A stretch of DNA of 39,320 nucleotides from a virus, in UHGV virus genome UHGV-0083030. One strand, given 5' to 3'. The translations under genes were made by a program, and so were the position numbers. Below, in pieces: positions 1 to 7,529 of this stretch. Under the pieces are notes generated by a model. That model was not told the origin of the DNA and made no database searches. It saw nothing but the letters and a program-made list of their open reading frames with translations. The number at the start of each line of letters is the position of its first letter. Within the stretch, counting starts at the first letter, position 1.

Positions 1-46
1 AAACCTCTTACAGACTGCTATCATTTTGATATTAGGAGGTGGAAAG

Positions 47-163
47 ATGATTCAGACAACGATCCGGTTTCCGGAAAAGTTATATCGGAAACTGAAAAGA
101 GAGGCAAAGAACAGAGGAATGTCATTGAATGCATTTGTGATCAGCGTGTTGTGGGATGTGTGA
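47..163 (+). CDS. Small ribbon-helix-helix (Arc/CopG-like) DNA-binding protein, 38 aa (MIQTTIRFPEKLYRKLKREAKNRGMSLNAFVISVLWDV)
   Basis: ATG at 47 preceded by AGGAGGTGG; beta-strand then two helices typical of RHH; too short for the ORF track; sits just downstream of cro-like gene if genome is circular. Confidence 0.45.
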   Translation: MIQTTIRFPEKLYRKLKREAKNRGMSLNAFVISVLWDV

Positions 164-209
164 AGAAATCTCCACAGACACACAAAGCAGTGAGTAGGGA
201 GGTGAGTAG

Positions 210-380
210 ATGAAGGGACCAAGAGGAACGGATTCTGCAAGAGTAGTTTCCGTAATTGAGACGAGGGCTCTTAGAGGAATTGGCACAGAAAAGGATAAAT
301 GCAGGATAGTCATACAATATTGGGATTTTGAAGGAAATTTGCTTGCTGAAAATGATCCATGTGCAAAAGAAAAAGAGTAG
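210..380 (+). CDS. Hypothetical 56-aa protein (MKGPRGTDSARVVSVIETRALRG...)
   Basis: ATG at 210 with GGGAGGTGA 5 nt upstream; stop TAG 378-380 forms part of a terminator stem; not in ORF track (<60 aa). Confidence 0.35.
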   Translation: MKGPRGTDSARVVSVIETRALRGIGTEKDKCRIVIQYWDFEGNLLAENDPCAKEKE

Positions 381-390
381 TTTCCTACTC
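375..390. terminator. Compact bidirectional intrinsic terminator between convergent genes (GAGTAG-tttc-CTACTC)
   Basis: 6-bp perfect inverted repeat with 4-nt loop; A-tract upstream (aaaagaaaaa) and T-tract downstream (agttttctttc) give U-runs on both transcripts; the two convergent stop codons lie in the stem. Confidence 0.4.
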
Positions 391-1056
391 AGTTTTCTTT
401 CGTTCCTGTTGTTTTGCTTGATCAATGCCGATTATATCAGCAAAGAGTTCTTGTTGATTATGTCGTTCAATATACCATTGTTGGAGTAAAAGTTCGATTA
501 ACTTTATAAGCTTTTGAGCTTCATCTGGTTCGATATCAACAATAAGATTTATATCTTTTTCCATATGTGCTCCAATATTTCCAATACGGCGCACACCATC
601 TAAAACAGCCCATTGTTCTGCCGGAATTTTATCTTTAATAGCGTTAATTTCTTCGAAAAGATTACCTTTAGAAATTTGGAAGAAATCACGAATCATACCT
701 TGTAGGCATCGACGGGATAAAGTCGCGGATGCTTTAGGGCTTAAATAAAGAATGGCAGAAGCTTCTTCGTAGTCGGACCGGATTGCTAAGGGGATATAGT
801 CAGGATATTTACGGGCTTGAGATTGTGGACGAATCGCAATATTAACATCTTTAACAGCGGAGCCAATTCCTTTAGCGAGAATGGTATATTCTTTGCAATG
901 TGGACATTGATAAAAACTTACTTCCAAACATGAGTTGGACCTTTTTTGTGTAAAGAGTGATTCGTCTTGGTAAGAGAACGATGGACATCGAACTCTTTGA
1001 GTATCAGGTGTTACGGCCATTACTGCCGAACAAAATGGACATTGAAATCCAGCCAT
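385..1056 (-). CDS. Zinc-ribbon protein with C-terminal DUF4145-like helical domain (possible abortive-infection/defence moron)
   Basis: 223 aa; N-terminal CPFC...C and CPHC cysteine pairs; C-terminal region (SPKASATLSRRCLQGMIRDF ... RRIGNIGAHMEKDINL ... LIELLLQQWY) resembles the DUF4145 pattern (conserved R..LE and GN.aaH); opposite strand to surrounding early genes; own sigma70-like promoter at 1089-1117. Confidence 0.65.
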   Translation of the reverse strand: MAGFQCPFCSAVMAVTPDTQRVRCPSFSYQDESLFTQKRSNSCLEVSFYQCPHCKEYTILAKGIGSAVKDVNIAIRPQSQARKYPDYIPLAIRSDYEEASAILYLSPKASATLSRRCLQGMIRDFFQISKGNLFEEINAIKDKIPAEQWAVLDGVRRIGNIGAHMEKDINLIVDIEPDEAQKLIKLIELLLQQWYIERHNQQELFADIIGIDQAKQQERKKTE

Positions 1057-1088
1057 AATTCATCATTCCTTTCATCATTTGATAGGAA

Positions 1089-1117
1089 AATTATACCAGA
1101 GACCGGAAACAAGTACA
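1089..1117 (-). promoter_or_regulatory. Sigma70-like promoter for the minus-strand DUF4145-like gene (-35 TTGTAC, 17-nt spacer, -10 TATAAT)
   Basis: Reverse complement reads TTGTACttgtttccggtctctggTATAAT; -10 at 1089-1094, -35 at 1112-1117; gene start at 1056. Confidence 0.5.
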
Positions 1118-1154
1118 AACCGTAGCACATAAACATAATCAGGGAGGTGGATAG

Positions 1155-1307
1155 ATGGTAGTAGAAACAATATCAATCAGAGACGGCACGTATCATTTTG
1201 ATGATGAAGTGTACAAAGATCAGACACCGGAGCAGACGGCAAGGATCCTGCGGAACTACTCAGAGTTCATTGCCAGATGTTTGCTGAGAAAGATAAAGAC
1301 CGCCTGA
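1155..1307 (+). CDS. Hypothetical 50-aa early protein (MVVETISIRDGTYHFDDEVYKDQTPEQTARILRNYSEFIARCLLRKIKTA)
   Basis: ATG at 1155 with AGGGAGGTGG upstream; below ORF-track size cutoff. Confidence 0.3.
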   Translation: MVVETISIRDGTYHFDDEVYKDQTPEQTARILRNYSEFIARCLLRKIKTA

Positions 1308-1329
1308 GGCGGTAGAAAGGAGGACAAGC

Positions 1330-1437
1330 ATGGAATGGGAAGATGTAAAAGAACTGGCAGTGATCCTGTTGGAAGTAATGATTGTGGTCGGAGCAATGAT
1401 TCTGTTCCCGTCAGCAGCAATCCTGTTACTGGGATAA
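1330..1437 (+). CDS. Hypothetical 35-aa hydrophobic membrane peptide (MEWEDVKELAVILLEVMIVVGAMILFPSAAILLLG)
   Basis: ATG at 1330 with AAAGGAGG 7 nt upstream; single predicted TM helix. Confidence 0.3.
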   Translation: MEWEDVKELAVILLEVMIVVGAMILFPSAAILLLG

Positions 1438-1523
1438 AAAAGAGCACCCAGATAAGCCGGCAAGCTAAGGGCGCTCAAACAATAAACCAATTAAATTGTA
1501 GTGGAAAATGAAAGGAAAGTCAA

Positions 1524-1892
1524 ATGGAGACGATAAAAATTACGACAGACAACAAGATTTCTATTATTGATCTGGATTTTAAAAATTACAAGGCGATTCA
1601 GAAAGAGATCGGCGGACATTTTGAAACTGTGAAAACAAAGCGGTTACTCGATTATTTTAAAGCACCGGTTATCATGCTGGTGGATGAAGAAGGAATTATC
1701 AAGGGACTTCCTTTCAATGCGGTAGCCTCCGGATTTTACGGAACGGATGAGCACGGGCAGCCAATTGTTGGCGATGCGATTCTGTGTCTGGCATTGGGAG
1801 AGGACATCACAGGACTTGGGAATAGAGATTCTGAGCAGTGGATGGAGAAGATGCTGAAAGATTTTCAGGGGTTGCAGAAGAATGATGCGTAG
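1524..1892 (+). CDS. DUF3846-like phage/plasmid protein
   Basis: 122 aa; pattern ...IGG.FE.V.....LVDEEG..KGLPFN..AS..YG......IVGDA... matches my recollection of DUF3846; first gene of the rightward early operon. Confidence 0.6.
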   Translation: METIKITTDNKISIIDLDFKNYKAIQKEIGGHFETVKTKRLLDYFKAPVIMLVDEEGIIKGLPFNAVASGFYGTDEHGQPIVGDAILCLALGEDITGLGNRDSEQWMEKMLKDFQGLQKNDA

Positions 1893-2067
1893 AGAAGACT
1901 GGGATTACGATGATTATCTTGACTGGGCGGATCAGGAACGGATCGTCCGGCAGGAGGTAAACGAGATGCAGCAAAGAAAGAAGAGAGCTGCTATATACAT
2001 GGAGGTAGAAGATGGAAGTGAAATGGATCATAAACATTTCGGTCAAGAAGAAAACACACTCGTCTAA
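1882..2067 (+). CDS. Hypothetical small acidic protein (61 aa)
   Basis: ORF overlapping the stop of the preceding gene (ATGA-type coupling); no recognisable domain. Confidence 0.4.
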   Translation: MMRREDWDYDDYLDWADQERIVRQEVNEMQQRKKRAAIYMEVEDGSEMDHKHFGQEENTLV

Positions 2068-2224
2068 GGACAAGCAGCCGGTGACGCGACTGGAGCGGGA
2101 AACTTATGATCGATTGGCCGAGATTTCGGGAGAGATGGGAATCCCGATGAAAAAGCTAGCATCGGAGCTGATCTTAGAAGCAATGAAACACATGGAATTA
2201 AATAAGACGATGCAGGAGGAATAG
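2012..2224 (+). CDS. Ribbon-helix-helix-like small protein (70 aa; start uncertain)
   Basis: Segment VTRLERETYDRLAEISGEMGIPMKKLASELILEAMKH looks like an RHH/CopG fold; overlaps preceding ORF by 55 nt so the true start may lie further downstream. Confidence 0.4.
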   Translation: MEVKWIINISVKKKTHSSKDKQPVTRLERETYDRLAEISGEMGIPMKKLASELILEAMKHMELNKTMQEE

Positions 2225-2226
2225 GA

Positions 2227-2712
2227 ATGGCAACATTATACGAATTAACAGAGGAATACAGACAGTTACTGGACATGATGGAAGATGAATCCGTGGATCC
2301 GGAGATCCTGAAGGACACGCTGGAGGGCGTAGACGGCGAGCTGGAGATCAAAGCAGAGAACTGCGCGAAGGTCATAGCAGAGCTTGGCGGAAAGATAGAC
2401 GTGATCGATCGGGAGATCGAACGACTGAAAGGGAAGAAGGATGTGCTGAACAATAACATCAAGTGGATTAAGCAGCAGATCGAGAAGTCCATGATCGATA
2501 CCGGCAAGAGAAAATTTAAGACAGATCTGTTCAGTTTCGGCATCCAGAAGAATCCACCGGCAGTCGTGATCGATCAGGAAGATCAGATCCCGGAAGAGTA
2601 CTGGATCGCACAGGAACCGAAGCTGGACCGGACGGCGATCAAGAAATGGCTGAAAGAGAATGAAGCAGACTGGGCGCATTTGACACAGACGGAAAGTCTG
2701 CGGATTCGATAA
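2227..2712 (+). CDS. Siphovirus Gp157-like protein (phage recombination/replication-module protein)
   Basis: 161 aa; MATLYELTEEYRQLLDM...KFKTDLFSFGIQKNPP...ESLRIR strongly resembles Sipho_Gp157 family proteins of Streptococcus/Lactococcus phages; followed by AAA_24 ATPase as is typical. Confidence 0.8.
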   Translation: MATLYELTEEYRQLLDMMEDESVDPEILKDTLEGVDGELEIKAENCAKVIAELGGKIDVIDREIERLKGKKDVLNNNIKWIKQQIEKSMIDTGKRKFKTDLFSFGIQKNPPAVVIDQEDQIPEEYWIAQEPKLDRTAIKKWLKENEADWAHLTQTESLRIR

Positions 2713-2724
2713 GGAGGGGAGCAT

Positions 2725-2907
2725 ATGTGGGAAGTAAGGGTTACACAAAAATATATGGCGGATTATGGCCGTGAACGAGAAGATGTATCAGCTTTTAGCG
2801 TGAAATCCCTGGAAGAAGCAGCAGATATCGTTGCAATGTTTGAGAAATACGGTGTCGGGAAAATTGATTATTCCATTACCCAGAAACACGCAGAAGAGGA
2901 GGCATAA
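2725..2907 (+). CDS. Hypothetical 60-aa protein
   Basis: Strong RBS (TAAGGAGGGGAG) upstream of ATG 2725; lies between Gp157 and the AAA_24 ATPase. Confidence 0.55.
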   Translation: MWEVRVTQKYMADYGREREDVSAFSVKSLEEAADIVAMFEKYGVGKIDYSITQKHAEEEA

Positions 2908-2910
2908 CAC

Positions 2911-3567
2911 ATGGCAATCCCAGTTTTGATTATTGGAAGATCCGGAATGGGCAAAAGTACAAGCCTCCGGAACTGTGTAGGAAATGATAACTGGAACCTG
3001 ATCCGGGTTCTGGACAAGCCGTTACCTTTTAAGGGGAAAATCAACGGATGGCATTCCGATGATTACCAGCAGATCATGAAGTTGCTGGTTGCGTCAAAGG
3101 CGAAAAACATTGTAATTGACGATGCCGGCTATTTGATCACCAATATGTTCATGAGCAAACACAGCTCCGCCGGAGCGGGAAACGGAGTGTTTACCTTATA
3201 CAACCAGATCGGGGATCACTTCTGGAACCTGATCCAGTTTATTTCCACCAAGGTGCCGGCGGATAAGATCGTATATATGATCATGCACGAGGAATCCAAC
3301 GATCTGGGCGAAATCAAGCCGAAGACAATCGGAAAGCTGCTGGACGAAAAAGTCTGCGTGGAAGGCATGTTTACCATTGTCCTGCGGTGCATTGTGGAAT
3401 CCAGTAAGCACCTGTTTGTGACGCAGGCAACGGACGGAGCAGTAAGTAAGTCGCCGATCGGAATGTTTGAGAGCCTGACGATTGACAATGACATTCTTTT
3501 GGTGGAGAAGGCAATCCGAGATTATTACGAAATGGGAGGAACGGAAAAGAATGAGAAGACCGAATAA
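2911..3567 (+). CDS. AAA_24 (Sak4-like) phage ATPase
   Basis: 218 aa; Walker A GRSGMGKST at the N-terminus, Walker B-like IVIDDAG; typical size and position next to Gp157 and DUF669. Confidence 0.85.
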   Translation: MAIPVLIIGRSGMGKSTSLRNCVGNDNWNLIRVLDKPLPFKGKINGWHSDDYQQIMKLLVASKAKNIVIDDAGYLITNMFMSKHSSAGAGNGVFTLYNQIGDHFWNLIQFISTKVPADKIVYMIMHEESNDLGEIKPKTIGKLLDEKVCVEGMFTIVLRCIVESSKHLFVTQATDGAVSKSPIGMFESLTIDNDILLVEKAIRDYYEMGGTEKNEKTE

Positions 3568-4162
3568 TTATGATGCAGCGAAAGTCCAGGGGGAATATAC
3601 GCCGGTGGAACTGGGCGGACATAAGATGGTGATCAAGGGCGTTGAAGAGCGAATGACCAAAACCAACAGACCGATGTTGGTAATCTTTTTCGACTTCGCT
3701 CCGGGAGATAAGCAGGCAGGTTATTTTATGGAGTCTTTTAAGAACGATATCCGGCCGGAAAAGAAATGGCCGAATCAGGGAACTGCTTACGTCGTTGCGG
3801 AAGACGCAGAGGGAAACTGTACGTCACAGTTGAAAACACTGTGTACGTGTGCAGAACATTCCAATGCCGGATTCGAGTGTTGGAAACCGGATGGAACGCT
3901 TGATATTACCGGCATGAAAAACAAGCTGATCGGCGGAGTGTTCGGTCCGCAAAAAGACTATTACGAGGGCAGAGTCCTGGATAAGAGAGTCTTCCGGTGG
4001 TTCGTGTCGGTTGACAAGGTTGCGGAGGCTCAGATTCCAAGAGAGTCTGAAACGCAGGCCTACAGGAATCATCAGGAAGGGTATGCGCAGGGATCCACTC
4101 CGGTTGGGGATGGCTTTATGAATATCCCGGACGGAATTGATGAAGAGCTGCCGTTTAATTAG
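3551..4162 (+). CDS. DUF669 family phage protein (Sak4-associated, putative ssDNA-binding)
   Basis: Start reassigned to ATG 3551 (MRRPNNYD...; GGAGGA 10 nt upstream) in the frame of track ORF 3482-4162; N-terminal NYD motif and size fit DUF669, which usually follows AAA_24. Confidence 0.75.
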   Translation: MRRPNNYDAAKVQGEYTPVELGGHKMVIKGVEERMTKTNRPMLVIFFDFAPGDKQAGYFMESFKNDIRPEKKWPNQGTAYVVAEDAEGNCTSQLKTLCTCAEHSNAGFECWKPDGTLDITGMKNKLIGGVFGPQKDYYEGRVLDKRVFRWFVSVDKVAEAQIPRESETQAYRNHQEGYAQGSTPVGDGFMNIPDGIDEELPFN

Positions 4163-4164
4163 GA

Positions 4165-4701
4165 GTGATGCAAGTGGACATACAAATTGATACAAGGGAA
4201 AAGCAGCGTGCTATCCGCAAGATAGTCAAGACATTCGAAGAGAATGGTGTGAAGCATTTCTCCAGTAAACTGTTGGTTGGTGATTATATGAGTCTGGACA
4301 ATCCCAGGCTCATCATCGACCGGAAGCAGAACCTGCAGGAACTATGCGGAAATGTCTGCCAGCAACACGAACGGTTCAAGCGGGAATTGCTGAAAGCAAT
4401 CGACGCAGGAATACAGCTTGTGATCCTGGTGGAACATGGGCCGGATATCCAGAGCCTGGAAGATGTGTGGTTCTGGAAGAATCCAAGGAAGCACGAAGTG
4501 AGATGGCGGATGGTGAACGGGAAACGTGAAAAATACGTGGTATCAGCCAAGGCGGTTGATGGGAATCAGCTGTACAAATCCTTGTGTACTATCCGTGACC
4601 GCTACAATGTCCGGTTTGAGTTCTGTGAAAAGAAGAATACCGGAAAAGAGATCATACGGATCCTGTCAGGAGATGGAGCGATTGACCAGCGAGGAAATTA
4701 A
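4165..4701 (+). CDS. ERCC4/XPF-Mus81-type nuclease domain protein
   Basis: IQIDTREKQ ... VGDYMS ... LIIDRKQNLQEL fits the ERCC4 signature (DxREx ... GDY ... ERK); start may be GTG 4174 (better RBS spacing). Confidence 0.65.
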   Translation: MMQVDIQIDTREKQRAIRKIVKTFEENGVKHFSSKLLVGDYMSLDNPRLIIDRKQNLQELCGNVCQQHERFKRELLKAIDAGIQLVILVEHGPDIQSLEDVWFWKNPRKHEVRWRMVNGKREKYVVSAKAVDGNQLYKSLCTIRDRYNVRFEFCEKKNTGKEIIRILSGDGAIDQRGN

Positions 4702-5191
4702 GCAGATATATAGCATGCGAGATATTTTAAGCAGATGCGGGCTCCCTCAGCCAAACAGGGCGGGATTTATCCAGTGTCCGTTCCATAAAGGAGACAGGGA
4801 AGCATCTATGAAAATCTACGAACATGACTTTCATTGTTTTGGATGCGGAGCGAACGGAGACATTTTCCGGTTCGTGCAGATGTATGACGGACTTACCTTC
4901 AAAGACGCGTTCCTGTCCCTTGGCGGAACCTATGAGAAGCCGACCTTCGAGTCAAAGCTGGCAATCTACAAAGCGGAAAAAGCAAGAGAGATGCGGAGGA
5001 AAGAAGAGCTCCGCATCAAAGAAAAGAAGAAACTGAATAACGATCTGATTGACATTTACCGGGATTGTTATAGAAAGGCGGAGCCGTTCTCTGATGCGTG
5101 GTGCGACTCTTACAATGCATTGCAGTACCAACTGTATCTGCATGAAGTATACGCTCAGGAGGAGGCGAGGAAAACATTGTGCAGCCATTAA
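4673..5191 (+). CDS. CHC2 zinc-finger (DnaG primase zinc-binding domain) protein
   Basis: Start reassigned to ATG 4673 (MERLTSEE; GGAG upstream) within track ORF 4526-5191; CPFHKGDREASMKIYEHDFHCFGCGANGD is a textbook CHC2 primase zinc finger; no TOPRIM domain seen. Confidence 0.7.
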   Translation: MERLTSEEIKQIYSMRDILSRCGLPQPNRAGFIQCPFHKGDREASMKIYEHDFHCFGCGANGDIFRFVQMYDGLTFKDAFLSLGGTYEKPTFESKLAIYKAEKAREMRRKEELRIKEKKKLNNDLIDIYRDCYRKAEPFSDAWCDSYNALQYQLYLHEVYAQEEARKTLCSH

Positions 5192-7062
5192 GTAAATATG
5201 ACAGAAAAACCATTCTTGCAGAAGAGGTCTTCATAGAGATCTTCGAGCAGGAGGACGAGATAAAGAAAGCCCAGATGCTGCTGTCTTTTCAGGACAGGGC
5301 GAAGGAACTGGGCGTGAAATCCCAGTTCGATATGCTGGTCCGGGCATATAGAAGGGTAGAAAAAGAATCCAAGGCACAAAGGCGAACACAGAACAGTCTA
5401 TTGGAGAACTGGACGAACTTTACCGGAAAGTATGAAGCAATGAAGTGCGGTTCCTGGATCGCTTCGGACGAGGGGATTCATACATTTAACAAGGATTACA
5501 CCAACGAAGTTATTGTGTGTTATCATCCGATCCTGCCGATCGGGAGGTTGAAGAACTTAGAAACCGGAGAAGAACAGATCCGGTTAGCTTACAAACGGAA
5601 TCATAAATGGACGGAGATCACAATCCCGAAAGATATGATCACGTCTGCCAGTAAGATTGTGCAACTCTCCAAGCTAGGAGTGTCGGTTACATCAGAAAAT
5701 GCCAAGCTACTGGTGAAGTATCTGTCAGATGTGGAAAATCTGAACGATGATGATATCCCAGTCCAGAAATCGACTTCGAAACTGGGATGGATCGGTCAGG
5801 ACTTTATTCCTTACGATACCGACATCATTTTCGACGGAGATACGCAGTTCAAACAGCTATATGAATCCATAGGATGCTATGGAAATAAACAGATGTGGAT
5901 GGATCATGTGCTAGAACTTCGGAAGAGTGGACGGATGGAGATTAAATTCTTTTTGGCAGCGTCGTTTGCCAGCGTATTGGTTGGGATGACAGGAGCCCTT
6001 CCGTTCATTGTGGACCTGTGGGGTGAAACGGAAGGCGGTAAGTCGGTGGCAATGATGCTTGCGGCATCCATCTGGGCAAATCCGGCGGACAGCATGTACA
6101 TCGGAGATTTCAAGACAACAGACGTGCAGCTGGAAGTCCGATCGGATCTGTTGAACCATCTGCCGCTGATGTTGGATGATTCTAGCAAAGTCAGCGCAAG
6201 AATACGTGATAACTTTGAAGGCGTAGTTTACGACCTTTGCTCCGGAAAAGGAAAGAGCCGCTCCAACAGAGAACTGGGAATCCGAAAAGAGAACCGGTGG
6301 AAGAATGCAATTTTGACCAACGGGGAGCGTCCGTTAAGTTCGTATGTGACGCAGGGCGGAGCCATCAACCGAATCCTGGAAGTGGAATGTAAAGAAAAAG
6401 TGTTCCAAGATCCGCAGTACACAGCAGAACTGCTGAAGAAGAATTACGGCTTTGCCGGAAAAAGATTCATCCGAATCCTGAAAGAAATGGGCGTGGATGA
6501 GATCAAAGAAATGCAGCAGAAGATTCAAAAGGAAATTTACCGGGACGATGTAATGCAAAAGCAGAGTATAGCGCTTTCGGTGATTCTGACGGCGGATAAG
6601 ATTGTCACAGAGCACATTTTTCATGATGGCCAGTATATTGACCTGGAAGATGCAAGGAGCCTTCTTGCCAGTCAGAGTGAAGTCTCGGAGCATGAACGCT
6701 GCTATCGATACCTGATTGATAAGATCAGCATGAACCACCAGAGATTCGATCCGGCGGTCAATATGGAGCAATGGGGCGTTCTGGAGGACGGATATGCTGT
6801 GATGCACCCTCAGGCAGTAAAAGATCTGTGCAGAAATGGAGAGTTTTCCTACAAAGCGTTTATGAACTGGGCGGATCGGCAGGGGCTTATTCAGACGGAT
6901 GGAACGAATAAGACAAAGGTCAAAAAGATCGACGGAAGATCTGTGCGATGCGTCTGGCTGAAGCTGAATGAATTCGAAGACAGGGATGGATTCAGCCCCG
7001 TGAAGATAGGTGACGAAGAAGAAAATGTGCCGTTTGAGCAGGAAGAATTGCCGTTTAAATAA
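5179..7062 (+). CDS. Large P-loop NTPase, primase-associated helicase-like (DUF927/VirE/D5-like)
   Basis: 627 aa; Walker A GETEGGKS and Walker B LPLMLDDSS in the C-terminal half; directly follows the CHC2 zinc-finger gene, as in phage/plasmid primase-helicases. Confidence 0.75.
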   Translation: MQPLSKYDRKTILAEEVFIEIFEQEDEIKKAQMLLSFQDRAKELGVKSQFDMLVRAYRRVEKESKAQRRTQNSLLENWTNFTGKYEAMKCGSWIASDEGIHTFNKDYTNEVIVCYHPILPIGRLKNLETGEEQIRLAYKRNHKWTEITIPKDMITSASKIVQLSKLGVSVTSENAKLLVKYLSDVENLNDDDIPVQKSTSKLGWIGQDFIPYDTDIIFDGDTQFKQLYESIGCYGNKQMWMDHVLELRKSGRMEIKFFLAASFASVLVGMTGALPFIVDLWGETEGGKSVAMMLAASIWANPADSMYIGDFKTTDVQLEVRSDLLNHLPLMLDDSSKVSARIRDNFEGVVYDLCSGKGKSRSNRELGIRKENRWKNAILTNGERPLSSYVTQGGAINRILEVECKEKVFQDPQYTAELLKKNYGFAGKRFIRILKEMGVDEIKEMQQKIQKEIYRDDVMQKQSIALSVILTADKIVTEHIFHDGQYIDLEDARSLLASQSEVSEHERCYRYLIDKISMNHQRFDPAVNMEQWGVLEDGYAVMHPQAVKDLCRNGEFSYKAFMNWADRQGLIQTDGTNKTKVKKIDGRSVRCVWLKLNEFEDRDGFSPVKIGDEEENVPFEQEELPFK

Positions 7063-7070
7063 GGGCAAGG

Positions 7071-7287
7071 GTTACAAAGTTACAAAAGTTACACTCACTT
7101 TTCTTATATAAAAAAAGTTTTTTGTGAGTGTTTTATATAAAAAGTTTTTCCATACGAGGAAAATGTATGTAACTTCTGTAACCGTAATAAAAAAACGTGA
7201 TAAACGTTGAAAATACGCGGTTTTATGGTTACAAAACGAAATGTAACCATCTAAGAAAAAGTGTAACAATGTCAAAAAACTGTAACT
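7071..7287. repeat. Iteron array: 9 copies of GTTACA/TGTAAC in an AT-rich 230-bp intergenic region (putative origin or regulator binding array)
   Basis: GTTACA at 7071, 7079, 7088, 7228; TGTAAC at 7168, 7177, 7242, 7262, 7282. Also a GGTTACA-n8-TGTAACC inverted pair (7227-7248), a CACTCAC/GTGAGTG inverted repeat flanking an A/T block, and a duplicated TTATATAAAAAAGTTTTT unit. Confidence 0.6.
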
Positions 7288-7307
7288 TTTAAAATACGGA
7301 GGGCATT

Positions 7308-7529
7308 ATGCATGAAAAAATAGCAGATATCCAGAATTGTATCTGGAAAGCCTATAAGGATTATACAAGACACAGGGACATGAAGCAATACCAGGCGGAT
7401 ATGCGGAAGGTCGGTGTGAAGTATCAGAACGATCCATTGATGTTAAGATTTTATAACAATCTGGCAATCACATGGACGCCGATAATCGTAGCAATCCAGC
7501 AGGAATGGAACCGGAGGGAACAAGCATGA
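7308..7529 (+). CDS. Hypothetical 73-aa protein
   Basis: ATG 7308 with GGAGGG upstream; stop overlaps the next start (ATGA). Confidence 0.5.
   Translation: MHEKIADIQNCIWKAYKDYTRHRDMKQYQADMRKVGVKYQNDPLMLRFYNNLAITWTPIIVAIQQEWNRREQA

Noticed and set aside
52-425. Three overlapping minus-strand ORFs (52-240, 122-313, 141-425) at the window start
   Set aside because: Mutually overlapping, no RBS, low-complexity products. The plus-strand RHH (47-163) and 56-aa (210-380) ORFs have good RBSs and fit the local operon direction better
6334-7068. 244-aa ORF on the minus strand
   Set aside because: Lies entirely antisense to the well-supported helicase gene (5179-7062); low-complexity translation with no motif; shadow ORF
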